Sequence record: NZ_CP012356.1
Reading direction: 5' to 3' (one strand)
Source: a plasmid
DNA: 53,985 nt
A model generated the notes under the pieces. The model had not been told where the DNA came from. It did no database searches and saw nothing but the letters and a program-made list of their open reading frames with translations. Shown here in pieces: positions 8,682 through 17,498 of this stretch. Each line of letters begins with the position of its first letter. The first letter of the stretch is position 1. The translations under genes and the position numbers were made by a program.

Positions 8682-9161
8682 ATGATGTGGCACGTTCGGT
8701 TGTCGCTTCGCGCAATCAGCGAGGACATGCTGTTCGACGCCCTGGACACCCTCGACCCCTTATCCCCGGTGGCCACACTGGGCCCCGATGAGCACACCGG
8801 ATCATTGGCGGTGTTCGTCGAGGCTGACTCACTGACAGACGCCATCGAGACTGCCCGCACAGCCATCACCAACGCATGCAACACCGCCACCATAACCGGC
8901 GTAGAAGCCCGCCCCGAAGACGAATGCTTCGCAGACGTTGACCGGCCCCTGTTCCCGCCAGTGGTCGGATACACCGAAATCGCTGAAACCGCAGGACTCT
9001 CACGTCAGCGCATCCGCCAGCTCGCAGGCACCGCCGGGTTCCCCGCACCTGTCATCAAGACCGCGGCCGGCCCGCTGTTTCCCAAAGCCGCCGCCGAGCA
9101 GTGGGCGCGGACACGCCAGCCTAAGGCAGGCCGCCCAAAACTCCAGACCACCACCTCATAA
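8682..9161 (+). CDS. HicB-like antitoxin: N-terminal RNase-H-like-fold segment plus a C-terminal MerR/excisionase-type HTH (160 aa)
   Basis: AAAGGAGAA RBS before MMWHV; SLTDAIETARTAI resembles the HicB core; HTH GYTEIAETAGLSRQRIRQL. Confidence 0.4.
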   Translation: MMWHVRLSLRAISEDMLFDALDTLDPLSPVATLGPDEHTGSLAVFVEADSLTDAIETARTAITNACNTATITGVEARPEDECFADVDRPLFPPVVGYTEIAETAGLSRQRIRQLAGTAGFPAPVIKTAAGPLFPKAAAEQWARTRQPKAGRPKLQTTTS

Positions 9162-9317
9162 CACATCCCGTGTGCTGAACCTGTTGGCCGGCCCAGCACA
9201 CACCCCCAGGGGCCGGGCCCAGCCCGGCCCCGCCCCACACCCAACCGCCCCCTGTTGCCGCCGTGGCGAAACGATCAGGCGAGCCACGACCATCGCCAAG
9301 CTGAATGGAGAGCGAGC

Positions 9318-9629
9318 ATGAGCACCACCCCTGCCGGGTTCGACTTCGACGCTCTGGCCGAGTGGGCCGAGAGCGATGAGGCGACCCACACCCCGCAAAC
9401 CAGCCCCGTGTTCCGGGGCAAGGACGCCGCGCGCGCCAGCCGCGCATTCCTCGGCCGAGGACGGCCCACCCTCGGCTCAGACCACGCCACCGGCGAGGGC
9501 CGGTCGCCCCGCCGTCAGGTACGGCTCGACGCACGCACCAACGCGCGACTCGACGCCTACGCAGCCGCAACCGGCACCAGCGCCTCCCAGATCATCCGCG
9601 ACGCCCTCGCTGACTACCTGCCCGCCTGA
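9318..9629 (+). CDS. CopG-family ribbon-helix-helix protein (103 aa)
   Basis: C-terminal RHH QVRLDARTNARLDAYAAATGTSASQIIRDALADYL; start at the internal ATG. Confidence 0.45.
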   Translation: MSTTPAGFDFDALAEWAESDEATHTPQTSPVFRGKDAARASRAFLGRGRPTLGSDHATGEGRSPRRQVRLDARTNARLDAYAAATGTSASQIIRDALADYLPA

Positions 9630-9771
9630 TCCCACCCCAATCCACTCGGGCGCCTGTCAGTGCCCCCTCTTCTGGGTGGTGGTCCGGGGCGTCACCGCCC
9701 CGGACCAGTTGGGTAGTCATCTCAGTTGAAATAAGCGATTAGTGATACGCCCCTCATGCTTTCCGGTGCTG

Positions 9772-10152
9772 TCATGAGCGTCTGACAACAGCGACACCTC
9801 GGGGCAGCCGACGGACAGTCCTCTGGCTGCCGCTCTGATCCCATGCCCACGGCACGAAGGTGTCGGACAGCTCGGTCTCGTCATGTGCCCAAATAGCGTC
9901 GTGGGCCTGTCGCCAAGCTTCTCGGGAGCCCCACACGGGCACGACCGGGCCACACCGGTGTCCTGGTCTCCAGTGTCGCGACACTGTCGATTTCGGTACG
10001 TGCAATGCGGCGGCGGTTTGACGGATCGACATCCCAGACTCCCGCGCGTCCCAGATCGCCATGTGGAGAGTATTTGCCTCCAGTGCGGCCGCCACACTTG
10101 CACGCTCTCGCGCACGCTCGAATGCCCGCCTAGTGCTCTCAAATGTCGTCAC
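9772..10152 (-). CDS. HTH DNA-binding protein (126 aa)
   Basis: HTH MSIRQTAAALHVPKSTVSRH; sits directly downstream of the 37-bp palindrome. Confidence 0.5.
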   Translation of the reverse strand: MTTFESTRRAFERARERASVAAALEANTLHMAIWDARESGMSIRQTAAALHVPKSTVSRHWRPGHRCGPVVPVWGSREAWRQAHDAIWAHDETELSDTFVPWAWDQSGSQRTVRRLPRGVAVVRRS

Positions 10153-10168
10153 GACGCCTCCCCCTGAA

Positions 10169-10205
10169 AATACTCAGGGTGTCCCACGGTGGGACACCCT
10201 GAGTA
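10169..10205. promoter_or_regulatory. Long near-perfect palindrome ATACTCAGGGTGTCCCAC-g-GTGGGACACCCTGAGTAT (18-bp arms), operator and/or terminator
   Basis: Read directly; lies between two co-oriented minus-strand genes, upstream of the HTH gene. Confidence 0.55.
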
Positions 10206-10224
10206 TTTCATACCCCAACTCGCC

Positions 10225-10596
10225 TCACCACACGTCGACCTCGACACCGATCAAGCGACCCGTATCAGCGACATTGCCGTACCGCTGCCCCGCCTGGTCC
10301 TCCAGCCACGACAACGCATCCCGAAACAGCCCGACGTCTTCCAAAGCTAAACCACAGTCGTAGCCGCCCTTATCCCCCAACCGCACCATCTGGAGCTCCC
10401 GACGGCCTCCCTCGTCGACCTCGATCCACAGTTTCGCGTGCATCCGCTGGCCGCGGCCCTCTGACAGGATCTCGGTGAGCAGGTCGGACGCCTGCCCTCG
10501 CGCATCCTCGTTACTGCGGGGGAATTGGAGTATGTGGGAAGAACGGTGGTGGGGCAAGTTTGTGACCTCGTGACGCAGCAGGTTGCGCTTGCGCAT
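10225..10596 (-). CDS. Hypothetical protein with an acidic C-terminus (123 aa); may be the C-terminal part of a frameshifted gene together with 10347-11018
   Basis: Protein-like composition; frame differs from the upstream HTH ORF. Confidence 0.4.
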   Translation of the reverse strand: MRKRNLLRHEVTNLPHHRSSHILQFPRSNEDARGQASDLLTEILSEGRGQRMHAKLWIEVDEGGRRELQMVRLGDKGGYDCGLALEDVGLFRDALSWLEDQAGQRYGNVADTGRLIGVEVDVW

Positions 10597-11018
10597 CTGC
10601 CGTTCGAGACGCTCGGGCTGACCTGTTGACGGGGTTGAGCCGTGGCGCCGCTTCCTCGGCGGGGTCTCGATCCGTTGCTCTTCCGGCGGTTCGGCGTCAG
10701 GTTGTGGTGCGCGATCTCCCCTAGGACGGGGGGCTCGCCACCTATATCCGAGGGACGATGAGACGGCCTTCCACGCTTGCTGCGCACTTTCGCAGCCCGC
10801 CCCTTGCGGTCACATCGACGCGGCGGCGGAGTGACGTCCTCACCGCGCGCTAACTGCGTCAACGCCGCCACCAGGTTGGTGCCCGGTTTCAGCCCTTTCA
10901 GCACGAACCGCACCAGGCGGGGGTCTCGGCCGATTCGTCGGGCAATCTCGGCTTGGCTCCACCCTTCGGCTAACAGGGTGCGCAACAAGTCTTGGGCCCG
11001 GTTATCACGCTCAGTCAC
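10347..11018 (-). CDS. HTH protein (GTG start at 11018 coupled to the upstream gene via GTGACTGA); the N-terminal 70 aa are convincing, the 3' part is low-complexity R/S/T-rich and the real 3' end is uncertain
   Basis: GAGGAGG RBS; HTH WSQAEIARRIGRDPRLVRFVLKG. Confidence 0.4.
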   Translation of the reverse strand: MTERDNRAQDLLRTLLAEGWSQAEIARRIGRDPRLVRFVLKGLKPGTNLVAALTQLARGEDVTPPPRRCDRKGRAAKVRSKRGRPSHRPSDIGGEPPVLGEIAHHNLTPNRRKSNGSRPRRGSGATAQPRQQVSPSVSNGRCASATCCVTRSQTCPTTVLPTYSNSPAVTRMREGRRPTCSPRSCQRAAASGCTRNCGSRSTREAVGSSRWCGWGIRAATTVV

Positions 11019-12717
11019 TGGTCGCCTCCTCGGGGAGTCCTGACTGCTCGGCCTGCTCTGATAGAGCAGCCCGCTCCGATCCGGTCTGAGGCGCTTCCAA
11101 AGGGCCCGGCAAGACACCTTTGACACGCAGCCGCCCGTCCTTGCCGTCATCGCCGCCCCCCTGGGCCACAGGGAGCGCCCAGGGGGGCACGTTGCTGGTG
11201 TAGATGGCGTCGCCGTGGATAGCCAGCACGGTGCGGGAGTTCATGCGTAGTGCTCCTCCCTTGGTTGTGGCGTTTTTTCCGGTGGTGGGGTCGGCGATGG
11301 GTGTGTTGAGGGTGCGTACGCGGGACAGGGCCCAGATACGGGCGGCGATTTCGGGGTGCCAGGTGTCGGGGTCGGGGCGGCGGCGGGCGGTTTGGTATTG
11401 GTAGGCGATGGTGTCACCGGTTTTGTTGCGGATGACGTCGAAGCCTTCGATGTCGGAGGGGATGTCGTCGGCGTCGTAGACGACGGTGGTGGTGACGGGG
11501 TTGGAGGCCGACATTTGGCCGATGGTCACGCGCAGCATGTTTTTCAACGCGGAGGTGAGGATTGTCGTGGCGGTGGGGTTCTTGTCTGCCCAGCGTTTCT
11601 CGGCGATGTCGATCATGTCTTGGATGGTTTTGACCCATCCTCGGATGGGATCGACTTTGGTCAGTTTGATCCCTCCAAGGAACTCGATGGGCTTAGTAAC
11701 GGGCCCGTCAGGACCGAATTCGGTGTCCCAGCCTTCGTCGATGGCTAGTTTCAGTTCGGCGGCGTCAACCCATGTTTCGTGGGTGGTGCCGGGCACGTTG
11801 GGCCAAAACCATCCTGCTCGTCCTTTGGTGCGTTTGACCGGTAGTAGGCCGATGTCGTCCCACCAGGATGGCACGGTGAAGCGGATGTGGTAGCGGGCCG
11901 GGTGCCAGGGGTTGTTGGTGAACAGGTCGTGAGCTTCGGTGGCGCTGAGCAGAGTGGCGGGTGCGGCACCGATCTCTCCGGTCACTGATCCGGCATACAT
12001 GAATCGGCCGTCGATGTACACGAAGTTAGGGATAGGGCCGGCAGGCACGGTGGGGCGCCAGCCCTTTTCGCGGTCCTCGGGGTTGCCGTCGTCGACGCAT
12101 AGTTCGTAGCGGTGCTGAGGGGAGGTGTGTTGGATGAGTGCGCCCAGTTCGGGGTCCATCGGCTCCATGCGATAGGACTCGGGGGTCCGTAGCTTCCAGA
12201 GGTTGATTCCTTCTGCTCCGGGGCGGTCCATGAGGGCCCAGTCGCGGTCGATTCTGGTGGCGATGATGTGGGTTAATTCGCGCCATGCCCAGCGGGCCTG
12301 GATTGGGGTGAGGGTCTGGCCAGGGAACCATTCATCAGCGACCAGAATGTCGAGGTTGCGGTCGGTTTCTTTGTGGGTGAACCGGCCTCGGGCGGGCCGC
12401 CCGGACAGCATGAACAGGCCCCGCACGTGCCAGTCCTGGTTGAACTCGCGGGTGTGAGCGGGGGTGTCAGGCAGCAGCCAGGATTGAGGCTGGTCGGGGA
12501 TGTTACCGCAGACGATCAGGCGTCGGGCGTTGTGGTGTAGCGCGGTTGTTAGCAGGTCTGACAGGGTCGCGTGCTTGGTGCGCCGCCCCCCCAGCACTGG
12601 CAGGATCTCGTTTCCGGCCGCGTCGACTCCCCGGGCGGTGTCGATGTCTAGCCACACTGTTTCGGGGTCGGGGGGCCGATGTGGGGCGGGACGGCGCTGC
12701 TCCTGGTCGTCTCTCAT
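11011..12717 (-). CDS. Large hypothetical protein (568 aa), unknown function
   Basis: Long ORF with coding-like composition, operonic with flanking HTH genes (4-nt overlaps); no motif I can name. Confidence 0.6.
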   Translation of the reverse strand: MRDDQEQRRPAPHRPPDPETVWLDIDTARGVDAAGNEILPVLGGRRTKHATLSDLLTTALHHNARRLIVCGNIPDQPQSWLLPDTPAHTREFNQDWHVRGLFMLSGRPARGRFTHKETDRNLDILVADEWFPGQTLTPIQARWAWRELTHIIATRIDRDWALMDRPGAEGINLWKLRTPESYRMEPMDPELGALIQHTSPQHRYELCVDDGNPEDREKGWRPTVPAGPIPNFVYIDGRFMYAGSVTGEIGAAPATLLSATEAHDLFTNNPWHPARYHIRFTVPSWWDDIGLLPVKRTKGRAGWFWPNVPGTTHETWVDAAELKLAIDEGWDTEFGPDGPVTKPIEFLGGIKLTKVDPIRGWVKTIQDMIDIAEKRWADKNPTATTILTSALKNMLRVTIGQMSASNPVTTTVVYDADDIPSDIEGFDVIRNKTGDTIAYQYQTARRRPDPDTWHPEIAARIWALSRVRTLNTPIADPTTGKNATTKGGALRMNSRTVLAIHGDAIYTSNVPPWALPVAQGGGDDGKDGRLRVKGVLPGPLEAPQTGSERAALSEQAEQSGLPEEATSD

Positions 12718-13235
12718 GGTTTCCTCCTTTGGGCCAGGGAGCGGCCGGCGTCGAGGGCGTTCATGCGCTCGCGTTGTTCTTCGCGTAGTTGGTAGACCCG
12801 GCCTCGTGACACTCCTGCTGCCTCGGCGATGGTGGTGGCCGGCAGGTGGCCGATGGCGGCAGCGTCGGCAAGGACGTCACGCCAGGCCAGGTCAATGGTT
12901 CCCAGCTGGGCTAGAGCTTCGTCGCGGCGGCGGGTGGCATCAGCCACTACGGAGGCCCACCCTGTGGGGTGGATGGTCTTGACGACGATTCGGTTGTGGC
13001 GGATGGGGCCCCATGCATCAGCGGGGACTTGCCAGCCGTGATTGGCGGCGGACTCGGTGATCTTGAGGCGTCGCTCAGGTGCGCGGGTGCGGGCAGTGAC
13101 GTCGGTGTTCCAGGTCTGGACTGGTACCCACGTCCCCTCTCGGATGCGTTCGATGACGCACGTGGTGACCTCGTCGGTGACTGTGATGACCAGACGATAA
13201 TCTTTCCCGTCTGGGGTGGTTCGGTAGCTGGGCAT
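12714..13235 (-). CDS. Hypothetical protein with a C-terminal HTH (173 aa); paralogous architecture to 15447-15992
   Basis: HTH LPATTIAEAAGVSRGRVYQL; first gene after an AT-rich promoter. Confidence 0.55.
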   Translation of the reverse strand: MPSYRTTPDGKDYRLVITVTDEVTTCVIERIREGTWVPVQTWNTDVTARTRAPERRLKITESAANHGWQVPADAWGPIRHNRIVVKTIHPTGWASVVADATRRRDEALAQLGTIDLAWRDVLADAAAIGHLPATTIAEAAGVSRGRVYQLREEQRERMNALDAGRSLAQRRKP

Positions 13236-13263
13236 GTCACCCTCCCCTATCTGTCAAATGAGC

Positions 13264-13299
13264 TAGACACAGTGTCTATTTAATTTGACGCAAAGTCAA
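13264..13299. promoter_or_regulatory. Promoter/operator region with palindromes TAGACAcagTGTCTA and TTGACgcaaaGTCAA
   Basis: AT-rich, read directly, immediately upstream of the minus-strand operon starting at 13235. Confidence 0.45.
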
Positions 13300-13304
13300 G
13301 TGTG

Positions 13305-13865
13305 CTAGACGCCTTTGTGTGGATCCGCCCGCCCAGACAGGCACTCACGTCTCATGACCCGCCGCGACGTCTTAACGAAACCAAACCGCTTATAGAACCG
13401 CTCCGCAGCGGGCCCGGAGGGCTTCAGTTCGAGGGTGAGACCGTGCTCGTCGGCCCATTGGCAGACTTGTGTGAGGATCTGTGAGCCGTAGCCCTGATTT
13501 CGGGGGGCGGCATGCACGCACATCAGCATGTGACCATGACGGCGGGTCGGCGGGCTGACATAAGCCCCACCACGCCAGTCCGGTGTGATCTGCCAACTTC
13601 GCCATGCCGCAGCGCGCCAGCGGCGGGCCTCGGTAGCCACCATGATCACCATGATGATGGACAGGGTTACGACGCCGACTATGGTCAGCTCACTCCAGCC
13701 AGGCCAGTTCCCGGAGATGATCCAGCCTCCCAGCGCCCAGATGATCATGGCTTCCACGCCCGCCGCAATCGGGACGAGTGGGGCAGTACGGATGCGGCCT
13801 GCCATGATCTCGGTGATCTCGCTGCGATGCCATGACAAGGAGAATTCCCACGACTCTTGAATCAT
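13305..13865 (-). CDS. GNAT-family N-acetyltransferase with an N-terminal hydrophobic region (about 186 aa)
   Basis: GNAT motifs RNQGYGSQIL and FYKRFGF; internal Met start coupled (ATGA) to the upstream gene. Confidence 0.65.
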   Translation of the reverse strand: MIQESWEFSLSWHRSEITEIMAGRIRTAPLVPIAAGVEAMIIWALGGWIISGNWPGWSELTIVGVVTLSIIMVIMVATEARRWRAAAWRSWQITPDWRGGAYVSPPTRRHGHMLMCVHAAPRNQGYGSQILTQVCQWADEHGLTLELKPSGPAAERFYKRFGFVKTSRRVMRRECLSGRADPHKGV

Positions 13866-14239
13866 GCTGATGTGTGAACGGCTTCCTCGGCTTCGCCCTG
13901 CCATAGCTTCTCTAGACGGCGCTCGGCTAGCTCGTCGGGGCACGGCGACAGCCTGCCGCACTCGGAGCAGACCCCGAAGTGGCGCGAGAGAGTGATGACC
14001 GGCTCATCGGGAGCATGAACCGATTCAACGACCGGGTGCTGCTCATCGGTGAGTCCTGAGGCGTGACCAATCTCGGCTAGACGGAGGTGAACCATACCGT
14101 CGTAGTAGTCGAGGCCTTCAACGTGGAACGGGTAGGAGCCGTCCGCGGTGTGGCCTGCAACCAGGTCCCCGACTTCCAGCTGACTGGCGGTCATGGTTCG
14201 CACCGGCGGCAGCGGGGTCCGGGTCGCGTTGATCCTCAT
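13862..14239 (-). CDS. Small protein with a CxxC...C motif (125 aa)
   Basis: AAGGAGAG RBS before MRINATR; CSECGRLSPCP. Confidence 0.45.
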   Translation of the reverse strand: MRINATRTPLPPVRTMTASQLEVGDLVAGHTADGSYPFHVEGLDYYDGMVHLRLAEIGHASGLTDEQHPVVESVHAPDEPVITLSRHFGVCSECGRLSPCPDELAERRLEKLWQGEAEEAVHTSA

Positions 14240-14357
14240 GGTCTCTCCTTGCTTCTGCGCCTTCATAGATGAAGGTGCCACAGCCGGGGTTGATGTGCGG
14301 AACCACAGCCACTTTTTCAATAAATCCATCACCACGGTCTCACCCCTTCCCAAATGT

Positions 14358-14373
14358 GTAAACCGTGGTTTAC
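14358..14373. promoter_or_regulatory. GTAAACCgtGGTTTAC palindrome in a divergent promoter region
   Basis: Read directly; sits between a minus-strand and a plus-strand gene start. Confidence 0.4.
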
Positions 14374-14383
14374 GCTTTAAGGC

Positions 14384-14833
14384 ATGATCGAACACACACC
14401 GACACCCGCCGCGCCTCGCGTGGCCATCATTTCCCCTAGCGGGCCACCACGGTTCTTGGCCGAGCCTCCCAGCGCCGCGCTGCGACGCCATGGTCGGACC
14501 CGCATGAGGTCCCTTCCCCTATCCCCTCACATTCGCGCCTGGGTCTCCACCAGCGGCCGTAAACCCAATCCCATAGCCACCGCCCTGATCTGGATGCATA
14601 CCGGAGCCCTGCTGCCGGTGTGGGACACCGCCGTTTTGACTGGGCCTGCCCTCGGCAGACGTGTGCGCCCTCTCAGCAGTGACGCCGAACTGACCTCTCG
14701 GCGGTGGCTCGACCAGGTTGCCGACCATCCCGGCTTTCTCGACACCCTTATCGAGGCCGCCCGCATCACCGATGGATGGCATCACGCGACGCCTCCGCAC
14801 ATTCAGGCCCCTTACCGGACCCTTCATCAGTGA
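14384..14833 (+). CDS. Hypothetical protein (149 aa; start uncertain)
   Basis: ORF only. Confidence 0.35.
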   Translation: MIEHTPTPAAPRVAIISPSGPPRFLAEPPSAALRRHGRTRMRSLPLSPHIRAWVSTSGRKPNPIATALIWMHTGALLPVWDTAVLTGPALGRRVRPLSSDAELTSRRWLDQVADHPGFLDTLIEAARITDGWHHATPPHIQAPYRTLHQ

Positions 14834-14849
14834 ACGGAGGTACAACGAC

Positions 14850-15431
14850 ATGACCAGCGACATTGACATTGACCGGACCCACAAACCCGACGACCGCGCC
14901 GAGGCTCCTCTTTACCGGTCCTGGGCCAGGAGACTCGTGCACGTCTCCGGGATGCCCTGGCGTATCGTCGCCGCCTTGGCCGGGGTCTCCCCCACCTCCA
15001 TGCACCGGCTTCTATTCGGCCGCAACGGTCGACCCGTGGAATGGATCGGCATCAATGATGCTCGCGCCCTGATGGATATCGGCATCGATGATCTCGCCTC
15101 AGCGTCCACCGACCGTATCCCGGCCCGCGAATCCCGCGAGCTGTTGGTAGCCCTGCACACCCTCGGCTGGACCGATGAGCATCTAAGCCGCTGGCTGACC
15201 AGTTCCGACCTCGACCTGACCACCGCCCCCAAAGCCCTCTACGTCACTCGACTATCCGCCGCCCGCATCCAGGCCACCTACGACATGCTCATCAGCCAGC
15301 CCGTCCGCCGCTGCGGCCACCCCCGCACCCCGCCCGTCTCGTCCCCGACCCCTGCTGTCCTACCCCAGCCCAGACCCAACAACACCGAACCGTTCCAACC
15401 CGCCCTGTTCGAGCTGGCCGACTGCGCATGA
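14850..15431 (+). CDS. Hypothetical HTH protein (193 aa)
   Basis: GGAGG RBS; HTH WRIVAALAGVSPTSMHRLLFG. Confidence 0.5.
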   Translation: MTSDIDIDRTHKPDDRAEAPLYRSWARRLVHVSGMPWRIVAALAGVSPTSMHRLLFGRNGRPVEWIGINDARALMDIGIDDLASASTDRIPARESRELLVALHTLGWTDEHLSRWLTSSDLDLTTAPKALYVTRLSAARIQATYDMLISQPVRRCGHPRTPPVSSPTPAVLPQPRPNNTEPFQPALFELADCA

Positions 15432-15446
15432 GGACCCTGCACAGAC

Positions 15447-15992
15447 GTGATTAAATCGAAGGGCTCAACCAGTCATCAGGAGTCCCCCGTGCGTTTGTAC
15501 CGCGCTGTTCTCGCCGACACCGACATCCATATCACCATCCGTATCTGGAACACTACCGATCGTGACTGGACCTGGGCCCCCCTTGACACTTGGGCCCCCG
15601 ACCCGGCCCCGACCACACCAGCCCAGTTAGCCGATGAACTTCACCGTCACGGATGGATCACCCCTGAGGTCCCTACTACCCTCACCGAGGTGGCTGTCAT
15701 CCCCGAGAACTGGCAAGCTTTCGTCGAGCATGCCCTCGCTGTCCGGAACCAGCAGGCTGACCAATTGCGCGTCGCCGAGAACATCCTCACCGACATCCTC
15801 GGCGACGCCGCCGACGCCGGCCTGTCTGTCACCGCTCTCGCCCGCACGACCGGACTATCCCGAGTCGCCGTCTACAAACGCAGCGCCAAAACCATCGACT
15901 CCATGAGACACGCCACCCAGGCCGGCGGAATCCTCACCCCCTCCTGTCTCACCCACGCTGAGAGAACAGCGCTCGGCCTGCCCGACGAGTAA
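15447..15992 (+). CDS. Hypothetical protein with a C-terminal HTH (181 aa)
   Basis: HTH TALARTTGLSRVAVYKR. Confidence 0.5.
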   Translation: MIKSKGSTSHQESPVRLYRAVLADTDIHITIRIWNTTDRDWTWAPLDTWAPDPAPTTPAQLADELHRHGWITPEVPTTLTEVAVIPENWQAFVEHALAVRNQQADQLRVAENILTDILGDAADAGLSVTALARTTGLSRVAVYKRSAKTIDSMRHATQAGGILTPSCLTHAERTALGLPDE

Positions 15993-16000
15993 CCCATCGT

Positions 16001-16291
16001 TTACATCCTCGACTGGTCCCTGCGACCAGTGAACCGTGCCCCCACTGCGCCCACAATGATCAGCACACCCACGGCGATCATCAGGTGGGCAGCACTAACT
16101 GATCCCAACGAACCAAGATCAAACAAGCCCTGCCCGGGAGCGTCGAGCAGTCCGTGGGCGCGAAGCCATGCTCCGAGATTGCCAATGATCTTGGGGATCA
16201 TCTTGTTCAGTAGGGCTATCCCTCCGATGCCGACAACGAGGAAGACGAGGATTTCTTCGCCTGCGTTGTTTCTTCCTGTGTTTGCGGTCAT
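16001..16291 (-). CDS. Small membrane protein (96 aa, two hydrophobic helices)
   Basis: Internal Met start coupled by ATGA overlap to the upstream gene. Confidence 0.45.
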   Translation of the reverse strand: MTANTGRNNAGEEILVFLVVGIGGIALLNKMIPKIIGNLGAWLRAHGLLDAPGQGLFDLGSLGSVSAAHLMIAVGVLIIVGAVGARFTGRRDQSRM

Positions 16292-16605
16292 GCTGCCTTC
16301 TCGGGGTGGATGGCCAGCCAGCTGATGAGGTTGTCGGTGATCTGCCCTGAGATTTGGATCAGTTCGACTTGCCCGGCCTGCCATGCCCGCGATGTGCCGG
16401 CCAGCAATGATGCTGGGACCCCTACTGCGCGGCCACGGGATGCAACCTCAGCCAAGGCGGCGCGTAACTCCTCGACGGTGCTTTCGATGTACCAACTGCC
16501 GTCAGTACTAGTCTCAGCGGCATCGGTGGTAGCGATAAGAGCATCGGTGAGGTCGTCGACGGCGCGGTCCAGATCAGCGATGTCCGGTAGGGCTACAGGA
16601 GTCAT
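16288..16605 (-). CDS. Hypothetical acidic protein (105 aa), first gene after leader element A
   Basis: GAAGGAAGA RBS then ATG. Confidence 0.5.
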   Translation of the reverse strand: MTPVALPDIADLDRAVDDLTDALIATTDAAETSTDGSWYIESTVEELRAALAEVASRGRAVGVPASLLAGTSRAWQAGQVELIQISGQITDNLISWLAIHPEKAA

Positions 16606-16668
16606 GGTGTGTCTTCCTTCTAGGGTGCCTTCACTGGTGAAGGGTCCCTAGCCCCGGCCGATGTGCGG
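16606..16668 (-). promoter_or_regulatory. Conserved leader element, copy A: CCGCACATCGG ... CCTTCACcaGTGAAGG hairpin ... RBS ... ATG
   Basis: One of three near-identical elements (16606-16668, 19781-19833, 28013-28063), each directly 5' of a minus-strand start. Confidence 0.55.
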
Positions 16669-16804
16669 TGCTGTGGGAAAAATGCTTCCCATTGGTCCGT
16701 CTTAGTTAGGAAACTTGGCCTAAGTGCTGTCGAGGGTCGCGTGTTCGTGACCGGTTCGAAGACACTGCCGCCTTGTCTTCTTGCCCGTGGCGCTTCCGAG
16801 ATGG

Positions 16805-17461
16805 TCAGTGGGCGATGGCTAGGCCGATGAGGGCGCCGCTGCACAGGCTGGGCGCCCAGGGAAGGAATCGGGTGGTGTGGTGTCGGAACCGGTCGATTAG
16901 GGCATATAGGGCGATCAGGGTGAGGCCGGCTATGACAGTGACCTGGATCGTGTCGATGCCGGTTGCTGCGGCCGGGGCTGCCCACAGTGGTGTGATGCGC
17001 ACATCAGAGAAACCGAATCCGCCTCGGGAGATGAGCCAGGCGATCATCCACGCTGCGAAGATGATGGCGGTAGCGATGACAGCACGTATCGCCGCAGTAT
17101 GGTCCGAGAGGGCGGTAACGACTACAGCCCCGATCCATCCGGCCCATCCGGTCCACGCTAGGACTGCCGGTATCCATGTGGTGATGGCGTCAATGACGGC
17201 AACCCATGCCCCGATGGTGGCTAGCAGAGCCCAGGCCGGCCAGGTGGGTGCTGGGGCCCACGCTACGGCGGCGATCATGGTTGTCGCAGATGCAGCACAG
17301 ACAGCGATCAAGCTTCGGAGGCTGTAGGTGTCGCGGTAGACGATCTTGTCGGGATTGGCGGTAGCTGGTTCTGGCAGGACGCGGGTGAGGGCAGGCCATC
17401 CTGCGACCGCAATAGCCGCGACGGCGACCACCCACACAATCTGTTGCATGGGTCTCATCAT
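16805..17461 (-). CDS. Type IV prepilin peptidase (A24 family, TadV/CpaA-like), 218 aa polytopic membrane protein
   Basis: Multiple transmembrane segments; GGFGFSDVRI matches the A24 GxGxGD(V/I)K-type motif; candidate first catalytic Asp in AVIDA. Confidence 0.5.
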   Translation of the reverse strand: MMRPMQQIVWVVAVAAIAVAGWPALTRVLPEPATANPDKIVYRDTYSLRSLIAVCAASATTMIAAVAWAPAPTWPAWALLATIGAWVAVIDAITTWIPAVLAWTGWAGWIGAVVVTALSDHTAAIRAVIATAIIFAAWMIAWLISRGGFGFSDVRITPLWAAPAAATGIDTIQVTVIAGLTLIALYALIDRFRHHTTRFLPWAPSLCSGALIGLAIAH

Positions 17462-17498
17462 GGCCCATCATCGATGAGTATGGGTGGCCGACATGGGG

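Noticed and set aside
9121-9570. Minus-strand ORFs 9121-9570 and 9156-9398 opposite the CopG-like gene
   Set aside because: Arg/Trp/Gly-rich antisense frames; no support.
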